Virus record (IMG/VR): IMGVR_UViG_3300042400_001354
Span: 1-63,574 of that record
Strand: one strand, 5' to 3'
DNA from: a virus
Taxonomy: Duplodnaviria; Caudoviricetes
DNA: 63,574 bases
Shown one piece after another: positions 37,383 through 46,226 of the stretch (positions are counted from its first letter, which is position 1; the number at the start of each line of letters is the position of its first letter). The position numbers and the translations under genes were made by a program. The notes beneath the pieces were generated by a model. The model was given only the letters and a program-made list of their open reading frames with translations. It did no database searches and was not told the origin of the DNA.

Positions 37383-37976
37383 TTATTTCTCTGTGCGAAT
37401 ATTTGATCTAACAAATCGTTTAACTTTTTTATTTAACGATTTTTGTTTTCTCTCGAGGTTAAATTTAGAAACTTTTGTTTTAAAATCTATACCATTTAAT
37501 CTATCTACATTTTGTTGTATAATCCTTGATGTTAACCCGCCAAATTGCACTAATTTAGTTTCACCAATATAATCTTGATATTGAACCACAATATCTTTTG
37601 GACGTTTAATATGCAATTGCAAACCCATATTACTAATATCAAGTTCAGGTAAAATAATATTACCTCCAGATACACTAATTATAACAGGATTAAAAAAAGC
37701 TACATATTCTTCACCACTTCCTGCAATAAAAACTCTATACGGCAATCCTACTTGATTTGCAGCAACACCAAATATGTTATGTAATTTTGCAGTTTCAATT
37801 AATCTTGAAGAAATATCAGCTGTATCTAAATTAGGATTACCAAAATCAAAATTTTCAAGTTTTGTTGTTAAAATAGGATCAGTTTGAGATACCAAATCAT
37901 AAGGTTTAAATTTTAGTTCTATTGGAGTATATACAGAAGTTAACTCATTTGTATTATATATAAATTCTTGGCTCAT
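37383..37976 (-). CDS. peptide deformylase homolog lacking catalytic residues
   Basis: GVAANQVG, FFNPVI, RP..I.V.Y fold motifs present; EGCLS->ELDIS and QHExDH->QQNVDR. Confidence 0.85.
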   Translation of the reverse strand: MSQEFIYNTNELTSVYTPIELKFKPYDLVSQTDPILTTKLENFDFGNPNLDTADISSRLIETAKLHNIFGVAANQVGLPYRVFIAGSGEEYVAFFNPVIISVSGGNIILPELDISNMGLQLHIKRPKDIVVQYQDYIGETKLVQFGGLTSRIIQQNVDRLNGIDFKTKVSKFNLERKQKSLNKKVKRFVRSNIRTEK

Positions 37977-39694
37977 TGTATAACCTTCATTTTAGAGAAA
38001 TTTTTAAGTTTTTCAAATTTTAAAACTGTATCAAATTTATCGGAAACTTGATCAGATTTATGACTAATAACAAAAATATTTGTATTTTTATCTACTGATG
38101 ATAATAAATTCATAAACACATCAGTTCCAGTAGTATCTAGAGATCCATCCATAATTTCGTCAAGAATTAACAAATTAGTGTTTACAGAATTTTTTAATCT
38201 AGCTAATTGTCTAAAAGAAAATAGAATAGCTAAATCTAATCTGGTTTTTTCTCCTTCAGAAAAATTAGCGTAAGTAAATTCGTCCCGATGTCTTGATTTA
38301 ATTAACTCTTCAAAATTTTCGTTAATATTAAAATTAACAAAAAAATCTAATTGAGTTAGATATTGATTTATATATTTGTTAAGAATTGGTAAGTATTGTT
38401 TAATAATTCTAGTTTTGATACCGCCATCTTTTAACATTACAGATATAAAATCGTAATAACTTTTTTTATTTATATATTCTTCATATCTTTCAACGTAAAC
38501 GTCTAAACTATCAACTAGTCCTTGAAGAGTATCTGAATCCGTTTCATTAACACTAACTGGATTTTGTATAGAATGAATTTCCTCAGAAACTAATTTTATA
38601 TATTTTTGTGCTGAACGAATATTTGAATTTTTATCTAAAATAATACTATTATTATTAGCAATTTTATTATTAATTTGTTTTATTTCAGATAATCTTTGCT
38701 TTCCAGCATTGTATTCATCAATTAATTTTTGCTCGCCAAGTTCCAATTCTTGTAATTTTAAACTATTAGTAGATATAGTTTGCAGTTTAAAAGTTTCGTT
38801 AATTGTTTGTTTGCATGTTGGGCAATTATCATTATCATGATAAAATTCATTTTCTTTTTTTATTTTAGAGATACTACCTTTTAACTTTACGCTAATGTTA
38901 GATAATTTTGTCTGTTTACTTTCTAGGGAATCTAGATCAGAAATTTGAGCAGTTAAATTTGCATTTTCTTTTAACAATTCTTGAACAGTTTTTTGTAACT
39001 CTTCAACTTCAACAAAAGTATTTGCAATAATTTCTTGTTTTCTTAAAATTAATTGCTCAGAAACAGTTTTATTTTGTTTAATATTTTGTTTTTGAAGTTC
39101 AATTTTATCTTTAAACAATTCGATATTATATTTGCAATCTTGAACTGCATCTTTTATACTAGACAATTTATCTTTAACTATAGAATTCATATTAGAGAAA
39201 ATTTGAATATCTAATAAATCCTCGATAACTGAGCGTCTATCACTAGCCGATAATTGCATAAAAGGAGTATATCTAGCAGAACCCAATATCACCACCTGAG
39301 TAAAAGATTTATAGCTCATTTTGAGGATATAACGTTCTAATTGCTCTTGGTAATCTTTTACTTTTGCGTCTTGTTTAACTAATACATCATTACAATACAC
39401 CTCAAAAATATTAGGTTTTATTCCACGAATAATTTTATAATTATTAACCCCAATAGAAAATTCTATTTCAGTAACTAATTCTGATTTGTTTATGGAGTTT
39501 AACAAACCATTTTTATTAATTTTTCTAAAAGGTTTTCCATATAAAGCAAATGTAATTGCATCTATAGCACAAGATTTTCCATTACCATTTTTTCCACATA
39601 ATAATGTTGTGTTATGAGTATTAAGAGAAATTTCTGTAAATGCATTACCATAAGATAAAAAATTTTTAAACCTAACTTTTTTAAAAATTACCAT
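37973..39694 (-). CDS. gp46: recombination endonuclease ATPase subunit (Rad50-like)
   Basis: GKNGNGKS, CPTC hook, FSEGEK, LILDE, VISH. Confidence 0.96.
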   Translation of the reverse strand: MVIFKKVRFKNFLSYGNAFTEISLNTHNTTLLCGKNGNGKSCAIDAITFALYGKPFRKINKNGLLNSINKSELVTEIEFSIGVNNYKIIRGIKPNIFEVYCNDVLVKQDAKVKDYQEQLERYILKMSYKSFTQVVILGSARYTPFMQLSASDRRSVIEDLLDIQIFSNMNSIVKDKLSSIKDAVQDCKYNIELFKDKIELQKQNIKQNKTVSEQLILRKQEIIANTFVEVEELQKTVQELLKENANLTAQISDLDSLESKQTKLSNISVKLKGSISKIKKENEFYHDNDNCPTCKQTINETFKLQTISTNSLKLQELELGEQKLIDEYNAGKQRLSEIKQINNKIANNNSIILDKNSNIRSAQKYIKLVSEEIHSIQNPVSVNETDSDTLQGLVDSLDVYVERYEEYINKKSYYDFISVMLKDGGIKTRIIKQYLPILNKYINQYLTQLDFFVNFNINENFEELIKSRHRDEFTYANFSEGEKTRLDLAILFSFRQLARLKNSVNTNLLILDEIMDGSLDTTGTDVFMNLLSSVDKNTNIFVISHKSDQVSDKFDTVLKFEKLKNFSKMKVIQ

Positions 39695-40761
39695 TATTCA
39701 ACCTGCATAGCTTCATTATATAAATTAAACATCATAGTTTTTAACCTAATTTTATCTAATTCTTGGTGATTTATACTATCAATATATTTGTATGTTATAG
39801 TTAACGTATCATCAGTTTCGTCAATATCTTCTACAATTTCAAGATCAATAATTTCTTCAATTATCGAAACATCAATTGGAGAATATTGATAAACTTGATC
39901 AATAAATAAATCAAATAAATAAGGATTAGTTTTATTTTTTATCTGAATTTTTACATATTTATCAACAATACTGTGTTTAAGAAATTGTTTATCCAAATAA
40001 ACTGACTGTATCACATCAGGTTCACCAGAATCATCATATAACACTTTAGAAAAAATAGAATATGGATTTTCAATAGTTTCTAGAGTTCTAGTTTCTAAAT
40101 CATAAACTCTAAATCCTTTTTGATCATCAAAATCCTGCCAAGTTATTTCATAAGGTGTTCCGATATATTCAATATTACCACGTTTTGATGCGTGATGATA
40201 ATGACCTGACAATACTCGTTCATAATTTGAAAACGTCGCAGCAGATAATCCATGTTCAGACAAAATACTGTTTTGATACATTTTAAACCCTTCTACCTCA
40301 AAATGACCTACGCACATATGAGAAGTATCATTTTTTATGAAATCCAAACACTCAGTATAATTTTCTTTACAAATCCAGGGGATAACTGAAATATCAAATA
40401 TTTTTAATTGAGTTGGTTTTTTTATTACAGTAACATTTTTAAATTGTTTTAAAAATAATTCACTAGAACTAACTGATAAAGATTCTCGATAATAGAGATC
40501 GTGATTACCCAACAAAGTAATCAATTCTATATCCAATTCATCAAACCTAGAAAAAAAATATCTCTTTGCTTCATCTAAAGTATAATGATTACTGTATTTT
40601 CTACGATCAAAAATATCACCTAATTGTATTACAGTTTTGATATTATTTTCTATAAGATAAGGAAAAAATATATTAGTATAGAATTTATCAAAAAATTCAT
40701 GAAAATGTTGACTGTCGCATCTAGCACCTAGATGCGCGTCCCCTAGAAAAACTATTTGCAT
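39694..40761 (-). CDS. gp47: recombination endonuclease nuclease subunit (Mre11-like)
   Basis: DAHLG, LGDIFD, GNHD, SGHYH. Confidence 0.95.
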   Translation of the reverse strand: MQIVFLGDAHLGARCDSQHFHEFFDKFYTNIFFPYLIENNIKTVIQLGDIFDRRKYSNHYTLDEAKRYFFSRFDELDIELITLLGNHDLYYRESLSVSSSELFLKQFKNVTVIKKPTQLKIFDISVIPWICKENYTECLDFIKNDTSHMCVGHFEVEGFKMYQNSILSEHGLSAATFSNYERVLSGHYHHASKRGNIEYIGTPYEITWQDFDDQKGFRVYDLETRTLETIENPYSIFSKVLYDDSGEPDVIQSVYLDKQFLKHSIVDKYVKIQIKNKTNPYLFDLFIDQVYQYSPIDVSIIEEIIDLEIVEDIDETDDTLTITYKYIDSINHQELDKIRLKTMMFNLYNEAMQVE

Positions 40762-41417
40762 TCTTCACCTATAAAATTTTCAACACCAAAAAGTTTTTTG
40801 TTTTTGGGTTTTATTGGTTTCGACGATTTTTTAAATTCAGTTTGTTCAAATTTTTGAATAAAATCGTACATATTTTCATAAACTTCCAATTGTTTAATCT
40901 GACCATCACCCAATTCTAACAATTCAGCTTCATCAAGAATACCAAAATTTTCTGTGGCTTTATATTTTATATATTGTTGTTTTTTTTCTTTTTGGATTCT
41001 ACGCACAAAACACCACCAAAGAATTTGCGTAAAATAAGCAAAAGGATTTTTAGTTTTTTCAGTGTCAAAATTTCTAAAATATGTTAGACAATTTTCTATA
41101 CCATCAGCAATCATTTCGTCTTTATACGAGTAACCAAAAAAATTAGGTCTACGTGCTAACCCCTCAGCTAATTTTATAAAACATTCACCAATATAATTTG
41201 GAATCCTTGGTTCAGGTTTCCCTGAATTTGCAGCAACAATACATTCTTCTTTGTATTTTACAAGAGCATCACAAAAATCAGCATTATTAATATAGTTTTT
41301 AGGTATTTTTTTCTTTTTAGTTTTAACAGGGATTAAGTCTTCTTCAATATCAAGTATTGAATCTAAATCAATAGTTTCTTCTTTAGGTACAGCAAATTCA
41401 AATTTTAACTCTTCCAT
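40752..41417 (-). CDS. gp55: late-transcription sigma factor
   Basis: YINNADF, YIGECF, MIADGIENC, NPFAYFTQI. Confidence 0.95.
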   Translation of the reverse strand: MEELKFEFAVPKEETIDLDSILDIEEDLIPVKTKKKKIPKNYINNADFCDALVKYKEECIVAANSGKPEPRIPNYIGECFIKLAEGLARRPNFFGYSYKDEMIADGIENCLTYFRNFDTEKTKNPFAYFTQILWWCFVRRIQKEKKQQYIKYKATENFGILDEAELLELGDGQIKQLEVYENMYDFIQKFEQTEFKKSSKPIKPKNKKLFGVENFIGEECK

Positions 41418-41444
41418 ACGATACTCCATGTTTAATATAACTCT

Positions 41445-41473
41445 ATTATACTATATTAAAGCTAAAAAAGCAA
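41445..41473 (-). promoter_or_regulatory. sigma70-type promoter for gp55-47-46
   Basis: TTGCTT-N17-TATAAT, TATAG before -10. Confidence 0.78.
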
Positions 41474-41524
41474 GTAATTAGTAATTTATTCGTAATATAA
41501 TTTTAATATGTTGTATAATATGTC

Positions 41525-41576
41525 GTCAAGCACTTTTTGTTTAAGAAAAACAATAACTTATAAAAAAGTGCTTGAC
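41525..41576. repeat. 14-bp perfect inverted repeat
   Basis: GTCAAGCACTTTTT (41525-41538) / AAAAAGTGCTTGAC (41563-41576). Confidence 0.85.
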
Positions 41577-41600
41577 ATAAAAGAAAATGTAAGGTAATAT
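41572..41600 (+). promoter_or_regulatory. plus-strand sigma70-type promoter with no downstream ORF
   Basis: TTGACA-N17-TAATAT. Confidence 0.55.
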
Positions 41601-41713
41601 ACTCATTAAGGGTTTTTGCTAGAACTTCGTCTAATACTTGTTCTAGACAAAAAATTGATTACAGATAAAGTTTCTGCGCAGCAGATCCCCGAAGTGCAAC
41701 GAAGGGGATTAAA

Positions 41714-42085
41714 TTAATGAATTGTTTCTCCATCTGGAACTATAGCATCTTCTATAGTTTGTTTGATTTTTTCTGATAATTCTGATCCAGGTTCTGCTTC
41801 ATCTAATATTTCATCTAAATAACGATAACCAAAACTTTTAGATGCATAAGTAGTAAACAAAACATGATCCCTAGAAAAAGATACTTCCTGGATAGGAAAA
41901 GCTTCTTTAGGCATCCAGTCAACTACAATTAATTCTTCAACCCCCAACTCTACATCAATTGATGGATAAAATGTTTTAGGATGTTTAACTACAATAGTAT
42001 TTTGTTTATAATCTTCAAAACAAAAAGCAATTAAATCTTCACCAGTTTTTAATCTAACGATTTTTATATCAAATATTTCTTTCAT
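41714..42085 (-). CDS. conserved T4-like hypothetical protein (Sm-like)
   Basis: IVRLKTGEDLIA, WMP; position after uvsW. Confidence 0.7.
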   Translation of the reverse strand: MKEIFDIKIVRLKTGEDLIAFCFEDYKQNTIVVKHPKTFYPSIDVELGVEELIVVDWMPKEAFPIQEVSFSRDHVLFTTYASKSFGYRYLDEILDEAEPGSELSEKIKQTIEDAIVPDGETIH

Positions 42086-43587
42086 AAGGATTCCATATTA
42101 ACATTAATTATTTTAAAATCAAACTTTTCTTCATTATATATTTTTACACGTTCGTAAAAATGAGTTAAAGTGTAATTTTGATGTTTTTTATATCTTAAAT
42201 CATCAGCAAAATCATATAATACAGCTTTATTTTTATTTTCGTTTAACCTTAGAACACGACCAATTGCTTGAAGATTTCTAACTCTTGATTTGCTTGGACT
42301 AGCAAAAATAATATTATGTAAATTTTTAATATTAGTTCCAGTAGAAACTGTACCAACACTACCTATTAAAATAACATTATTTTGTGTTTCCATTGCTTTT
42401 CTAATAGATTCTCTTTCCTCAGCTTTTATATTTCCATGAATATAATAAATTTGTTTATCGGCTGCATATTTTGATTTAGAAATTAAATCGTACAATACAT
42501 CTCCGTGTTTCTCAACATATTGATAGAGTAATAATGTATTACCTTTTAAACTAAGAACTAAATTTTTTATAAATTTATTTCTTTCTGGATTAGAAATTAA
42601 ATATTCTAATTCTTGTGGATATTTTAATTTTTGTGTTAATTTGGTTAGGTGTTCTGGATATTTTAAAACTAAACATTTAATGGCTAATTCAGTGACCTGT
42701 TTTTTCTCCATTAATTCTTTAGTTGTAATTACTTTTTTAACTGGACCAAATAAACTTTCTAATTGAAGAGAATGTATTTTTTGTCCATTTAATGTACCTG
42801 TAACACCAACTCTATAATCAGCATTAACACATTTAGATATAATATCTGTTAACGATTTAGCTGCAGCTAAATGACATTCATCAGTTAATACAAAATCGAA
42901 TTGTTCGAAATATGATTTATCTTTTATATTTTGTAATGATTGCCATGTACTAATATACAATGAATTGTGGGCTACTTTATCTTTACCTGCAAAGATAGTG
43001 TGAATTTCATTATGAGCATCCCAACCATTATGTGAAGAATAGTCTGCAAAATCTGATGTTAACTGATGACATAAACTTGTATTTGGAACTAATAACAACC
43101 CTTTTTTCTTTTTATTTTGAAGTAGATACCTAACTATAATATACAGAATGCAACTTTTCCCGCTGGAAGTTGGACTCAATAAAACTAATCTTTTATTGTT
43201 GAGAAAATTTAATATTCCATTAAATTGATAATCTCTAACTTCTATTTTATTGTTATTAGAATGTATATTTAATTCAGAAATAAATTTATGTAATTCTAAA
43301 GACTGGATCGGATTATATTTTTCAACATAATTATATTTAATAGAATATTCTCTGTCTGTACAAAATGCTTCAAGTTGATTTAATAAACCAATATAAAATT
43401 CAACATCACCATTTGGTAATATTTTTGCTAGACGAATTTTTCCGTCCCATAATCTGCTTTTGTATGCAGGCATAAATTTATAACCTGTAGCAAAAAATGC
43501 AAAATAATCATTTAATTCTTGCGCAATACTTTTATTGCATTTTAAAATAGCATATGTTTCATTATATTTTTCTACTTCAATTATCAT
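42082..43587 (-). CDS. uvsW: DNA/RNA helicase
   Basis: SPTSSGKS, DECH, TGT, QAIGRVLR. Confidence 0.96.
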   Translation of the reverse strand: MIIEVEKYNETYAILKCNKSIAQELNDYFAFFATGYKFMPAYKSRLWDGKIRLAKILPNGDVEFYIGLLNQLEAFCTDREYSIKYNYVEKYNPIQSLELHKFISELNIHSNNNKIEVRDYQFNGILNFLNNKRLVLLSPTSSGKSCILYIIVRYLLQNKKKKGLLLVPNTSLCHQLTSDFADYSSHNGWDAHNEIHTIFAGKDKVAHNSLYISTWQSLQNIKDKSYFEQFDFVLTDECHLAAAKSLTDIISKCVNADYRVGVTGTLNGQKIHSLQLESLFGPVKKVITTKELMEKKQVTELAIKCLVLKYPEHLTKLTQKLKYPQELEYLISNPERNKFIKNLVLSLKGNTLLLYQYVEKHGDVLYDLISKSKYAADKQIYYIHGNIKAEERESIRKAMETQNNVILIGSVGTVSTGTNIKNLHNIIFASPSKSRVRNLQAIGRVLRLNENKNKAVLYDFADDLRYKKHQNYTLTHFYERVKIYNEEKFDFKIINVNMESL

Positions 43588-43685
43588 TTAATTTCCTGAT
43601 AAAATTGTTCAATTTTTGTGATAGTTTCTATTTCCATTAGCCACTTTGTAATTTTTTCTCGTATATACGCATAAACGTAGAACAT
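43584..43685 (-). pseudogene. probable remnant of a GIY-YIG endonuclease gene (33 aa)
   Basis: MFYVYAYIRE N-terminus with no following YIG half. Confidence 0.4.
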
Positions 43686-43688
43686 AAA

Positions 43689-44132
43689 TTAATATGATCC
43701 TTGTAAAAACCGTTGATGAGTGCAATATTCTTTTAATTGGAATGTTCTACTGTGAAGTTCTTTTATGATAGCCTCGCAAATAAATATTGCTTCTTCATAG
43801 TACGCTTTTTTTTCTAACAACTTAATAAGAAAATCGTCTGCTTCTAAGTATGTATCTATATTACTTTTGGTTCCGATTCTTAATTCAAATTGATCCCAAC
43901 CATATTCATCCAGAGTTTCTTTATCTAGATTTCCTAGGTAATATTCTTTACGAATTTTCTTCATCCTTGCATGATCGAATTTCGCTTTTTGTGCCGCTAG
44001 TCTATGTTGAGATAAAATTTCAACATATTTTGCGTGTAGTATTGGTATATTAATTAATTCTTGGTGAGGTTTTGATTCGTCAATTTGACTATCTATTTTC
44101 CACAATTCTATAATTTTTTCAAGTTTTATCAT
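43689..44132 (-). CDS. uvsY: recombination mediator
   Basis: IPILHAKY, EYYLG, YLEAD, SRTFQLK; adjacent to uvsW. Confidence 0.88.
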   Translation of the reverse strand: MIKLEKIIELWKIDSQIDESKPHQELINIPILHAKYVEILSQHRLAAQKAKFDHARMKKIRKEYYLGNLDKETLDEYGWDQFELRIGTKSNIDTYLEADDFLIKLLEKKAYYEEAIFICEAIIKELHSRTFQLKEYCTHQRFLQGSY

Positions 44133-44174
44133 ATTTAAATCTCAAAAGTTCATTTTAAATTTATATAGGTATTT

Positions 44175-44705
44175 TTATATTCGTGTTATATCGTATCTTT
44201 TAAATTTAAATATTGCTGTTGCAGTAATAGTTTGTTCCGACCCAATCCTAATATCAAATGGAATACCTGACACTTGAATTGGAAATAAATCTATAAAATG
44301 AAATTTCGTTTTTGGTGTGTTATTTGCCGCCAACGTAATTAATTCAGCATCAGAATATTGTGGATATTGAGATTTTTCGGAAAATCTTGTTTGTAACTTT
44401 AAATTTTGCCTTTCGTCAAACGATTCAGGGAAAGCTATACCTCTCATCCAATCATGAATTTGTGTCCATGATTCTAACTCCTCATCAACCAAAAATTCAA
44501 TATTTAAAGTCTCGTATACTAATTTATCGCCAGGAATGTTTAAATCTGAAAAAGGTGTTGCTTGTATAGAATTTTGTGTTGAAATTCCAGGAATATTAGC
44601 TGTTTGACAGAAAAATTGTGTTGATGTTATTCTTGGTAGAGAAAATATAAATTTAGCTGATTGTAATAAATCTGTATTACAGACAGAAACATCTTTAGCA
44701 GACAT
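44175..44705 (-). CDS. gp3: tail completion/tube terminator
   Basis: FFCQTANIPG, PGDKL, FLVDEEL, WMRGI; synteny. Confidence 0.85.
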   Translation of the reverse strand: MSAKDVSVCNTDLLQSAKFIFSLPRITSTQFFCQTANIPGISTQNSIQATPFSDLNIPGDKLVYETLNIEFLVDEELESWTQIHDWMRGIAFPESFDERQNLKLQTRFSEKSQYPQYSDAELITLAANNTPKTKFHFIDLFPIQVSGIPFDIRIGSEQTITATAIFKFKRYDITRI

Positions 44706-44739
44706 TAATTTTTCCTTGTTAGCAATTATAATTAATAAC

Positions 44740-44747
44740 TATTTATA
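44740..44747 (-). promoter_or_regulatory. T4-type late promoter for gp3
   Basis: TATAAATA; a second copy at 44788-44795. Confidence 0.7.
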
Positions 44748-44773
44748 AAATTCTAAATAATTTAAAAAATTGC

Positions 44774-44802
44774 TTTACAAAAAACGATATTTATAGTAAA
44801 CT
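44774..44802 (+). promoter_or_regulatory. sigma70-type promoter for dioxygenase-GT cassette
   Basis: TTTACA-N17-TAAACT, TATAG before -10. Confidence 0.7.
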
Positions 44803-44833
44803 ATAACTGTATAGAACAATGGAGTAAACACAA

Positions 44834-46216
44834 ATGGTACAAGTAGTTGTATTGAAAGAAAATGAAGTAAAACCTAGACCTGATTTAGTAGGTAAATGGT
44901 TAGATCACACACATTACCACACGTTAATTGAAGATGATATAGATATTTACCTTCCACCGGACTGCGCAGACTTTACAGCTGACGAAAATTGTGATAATAA
45001 TTTAAATTGTAGCGGTTGTTTAAAGGGGTTGTCTGAAAAAAATATCGTCTTTAAATTTAGAAAAAATTTCTTTACCCAAGAAGAAGCAGATGCAGCTTAT
45101 GCTGGGTTAAGAGATGCGGCAGTAGAAACTCAAAATCGTGGTGTAGCTGGTGGACCAAGAACTGATAAATGTGGTGGTAGAGATTGGGTTACTGACGAAC
45201 AATTTGATTTGTTGGAATTTTTTGCATATAAAAATACAACCTCTATTTTTGGTGAATATAATCCAAAATCTGAAGTTAATGCAATTAAAGCAAAATACAA
45301 ATCATTAAAATCTGATGATAGTCGTGGTGTTGTTTGGTTGGTGGAACAAATTAAAGCAGAGAATTTTGTATTTAATGATTTTATTGATTTATTATGCGAA
45401 TTGTCTATTGAAGAAGCAAAAAGAAAAGCATTACACGTTTTAGATAAAATGATAAGTAAAACAACATACGCTAATGTTGTTAATTCTGGTATTGCTGGTT
45501 GGTATGATAGATATCCTAGAATACCATATGGTAGACCAACAACTTATACTAGAGATAATGCAGAAAAATTTGCTAAGGCGTATCCATTTTTGCAATCTTT
45601 ATCTAAAGGGTTTCAAGATTTGTTACCTTGGAGGTATGGAAATCAAAAACGTGCTGCAGAATCAATCGATAGTCGTTTTGTTGTACCTGGAACTCCATTT
45701 ACAACAATTACAGTAAATAAAAATTTCCGTACAGCTGCCCATTATGATCCTGCTAATATGGAAGACGGTTTTGCTAATCTTTGTGTTATGTCAAATAATG
45801 ACGCATTTAACGGATGTTATTTGGTATTTCCTGAAATTGGTTATGCAGTAAATGTTAGACCTAGAGATCTATTATTAGTAAATAATCAAGCTGGATTACA
45901 TGGAAATACTGAATTAGAATTAAAAGACCCTAATGCTGAGAGAATTAGTATGATTGCCTTTTTTCATGAAGGTATGTTAACATTAGGTTCGTACGATTAC
46001 GAAAATACTCGCAAAGAATTTATTGATAGTAGAAGATTAAATCCTGATCATCCAGAACAAAGATATCGTTGGAATGGTATTAGTCCAGGAGTATGGGAAT
46101 CAGATGAATGGATCGATTATCTATTAAATCAACCGTATGGTAAAGAGTGGTTAGAAAAATATCATCCAGATTTATTTGATCGTAGATATGGTTTTAGTTT
46201 ACAAGATTTTTTCTAA
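44834..46216 (+). CDS. TET/JBP-family 2OG-Fe(II) 5-methylpyrimidine dioxygenase
   Basis: SGIAGWYDR, TPFTTITVNKNFRTAAHYD (HxD), LHGNT (H), ERIS (R); C-terminal SLQDFF. Confidence 0.85.
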   Translation: MVQVVVLKENEVKPRPDLVGKWLDHTHYHTLIEDDIDIYLPPDCADFTADENCDNNLNCSGCLKGLSEKNIVFKFRKNFFTQEEADAAYAGLRDAAVETQNRGVAGGPRTDKCGGRDWVTDEQFDLLEFFAYKNTTSIFGEYNPKSEVNAIKAKYKSLKSDDSRGVVWLVEQIKAENFVFNDFIDLLCELSIEEAKRKALHVLDKMISKTTYANVVNSGIAGWYDRYPRIPYGRPTTYTRDNAEKFAKAYPFLQSLSKGFQDLLPWRYGNQKRAAESIDSRFVVPGTPFTTITVNKNFRTAAHYDPANMEDGFANLCVMSNNDAFNGCYLVFPEIGYAVNVRPRDLLLVNNQAGLHGNTELELKDPNAERISMIAFFHEGMLTLGSYDYENTRKEFIDSRRLNPDHPEQRYRWNGISPGVWESDEWIDYLLNQPYGKEWLEKYHPDLFDRRYGFSLQDFF

Positions 46217-46226
46217 GGAATTTTAA

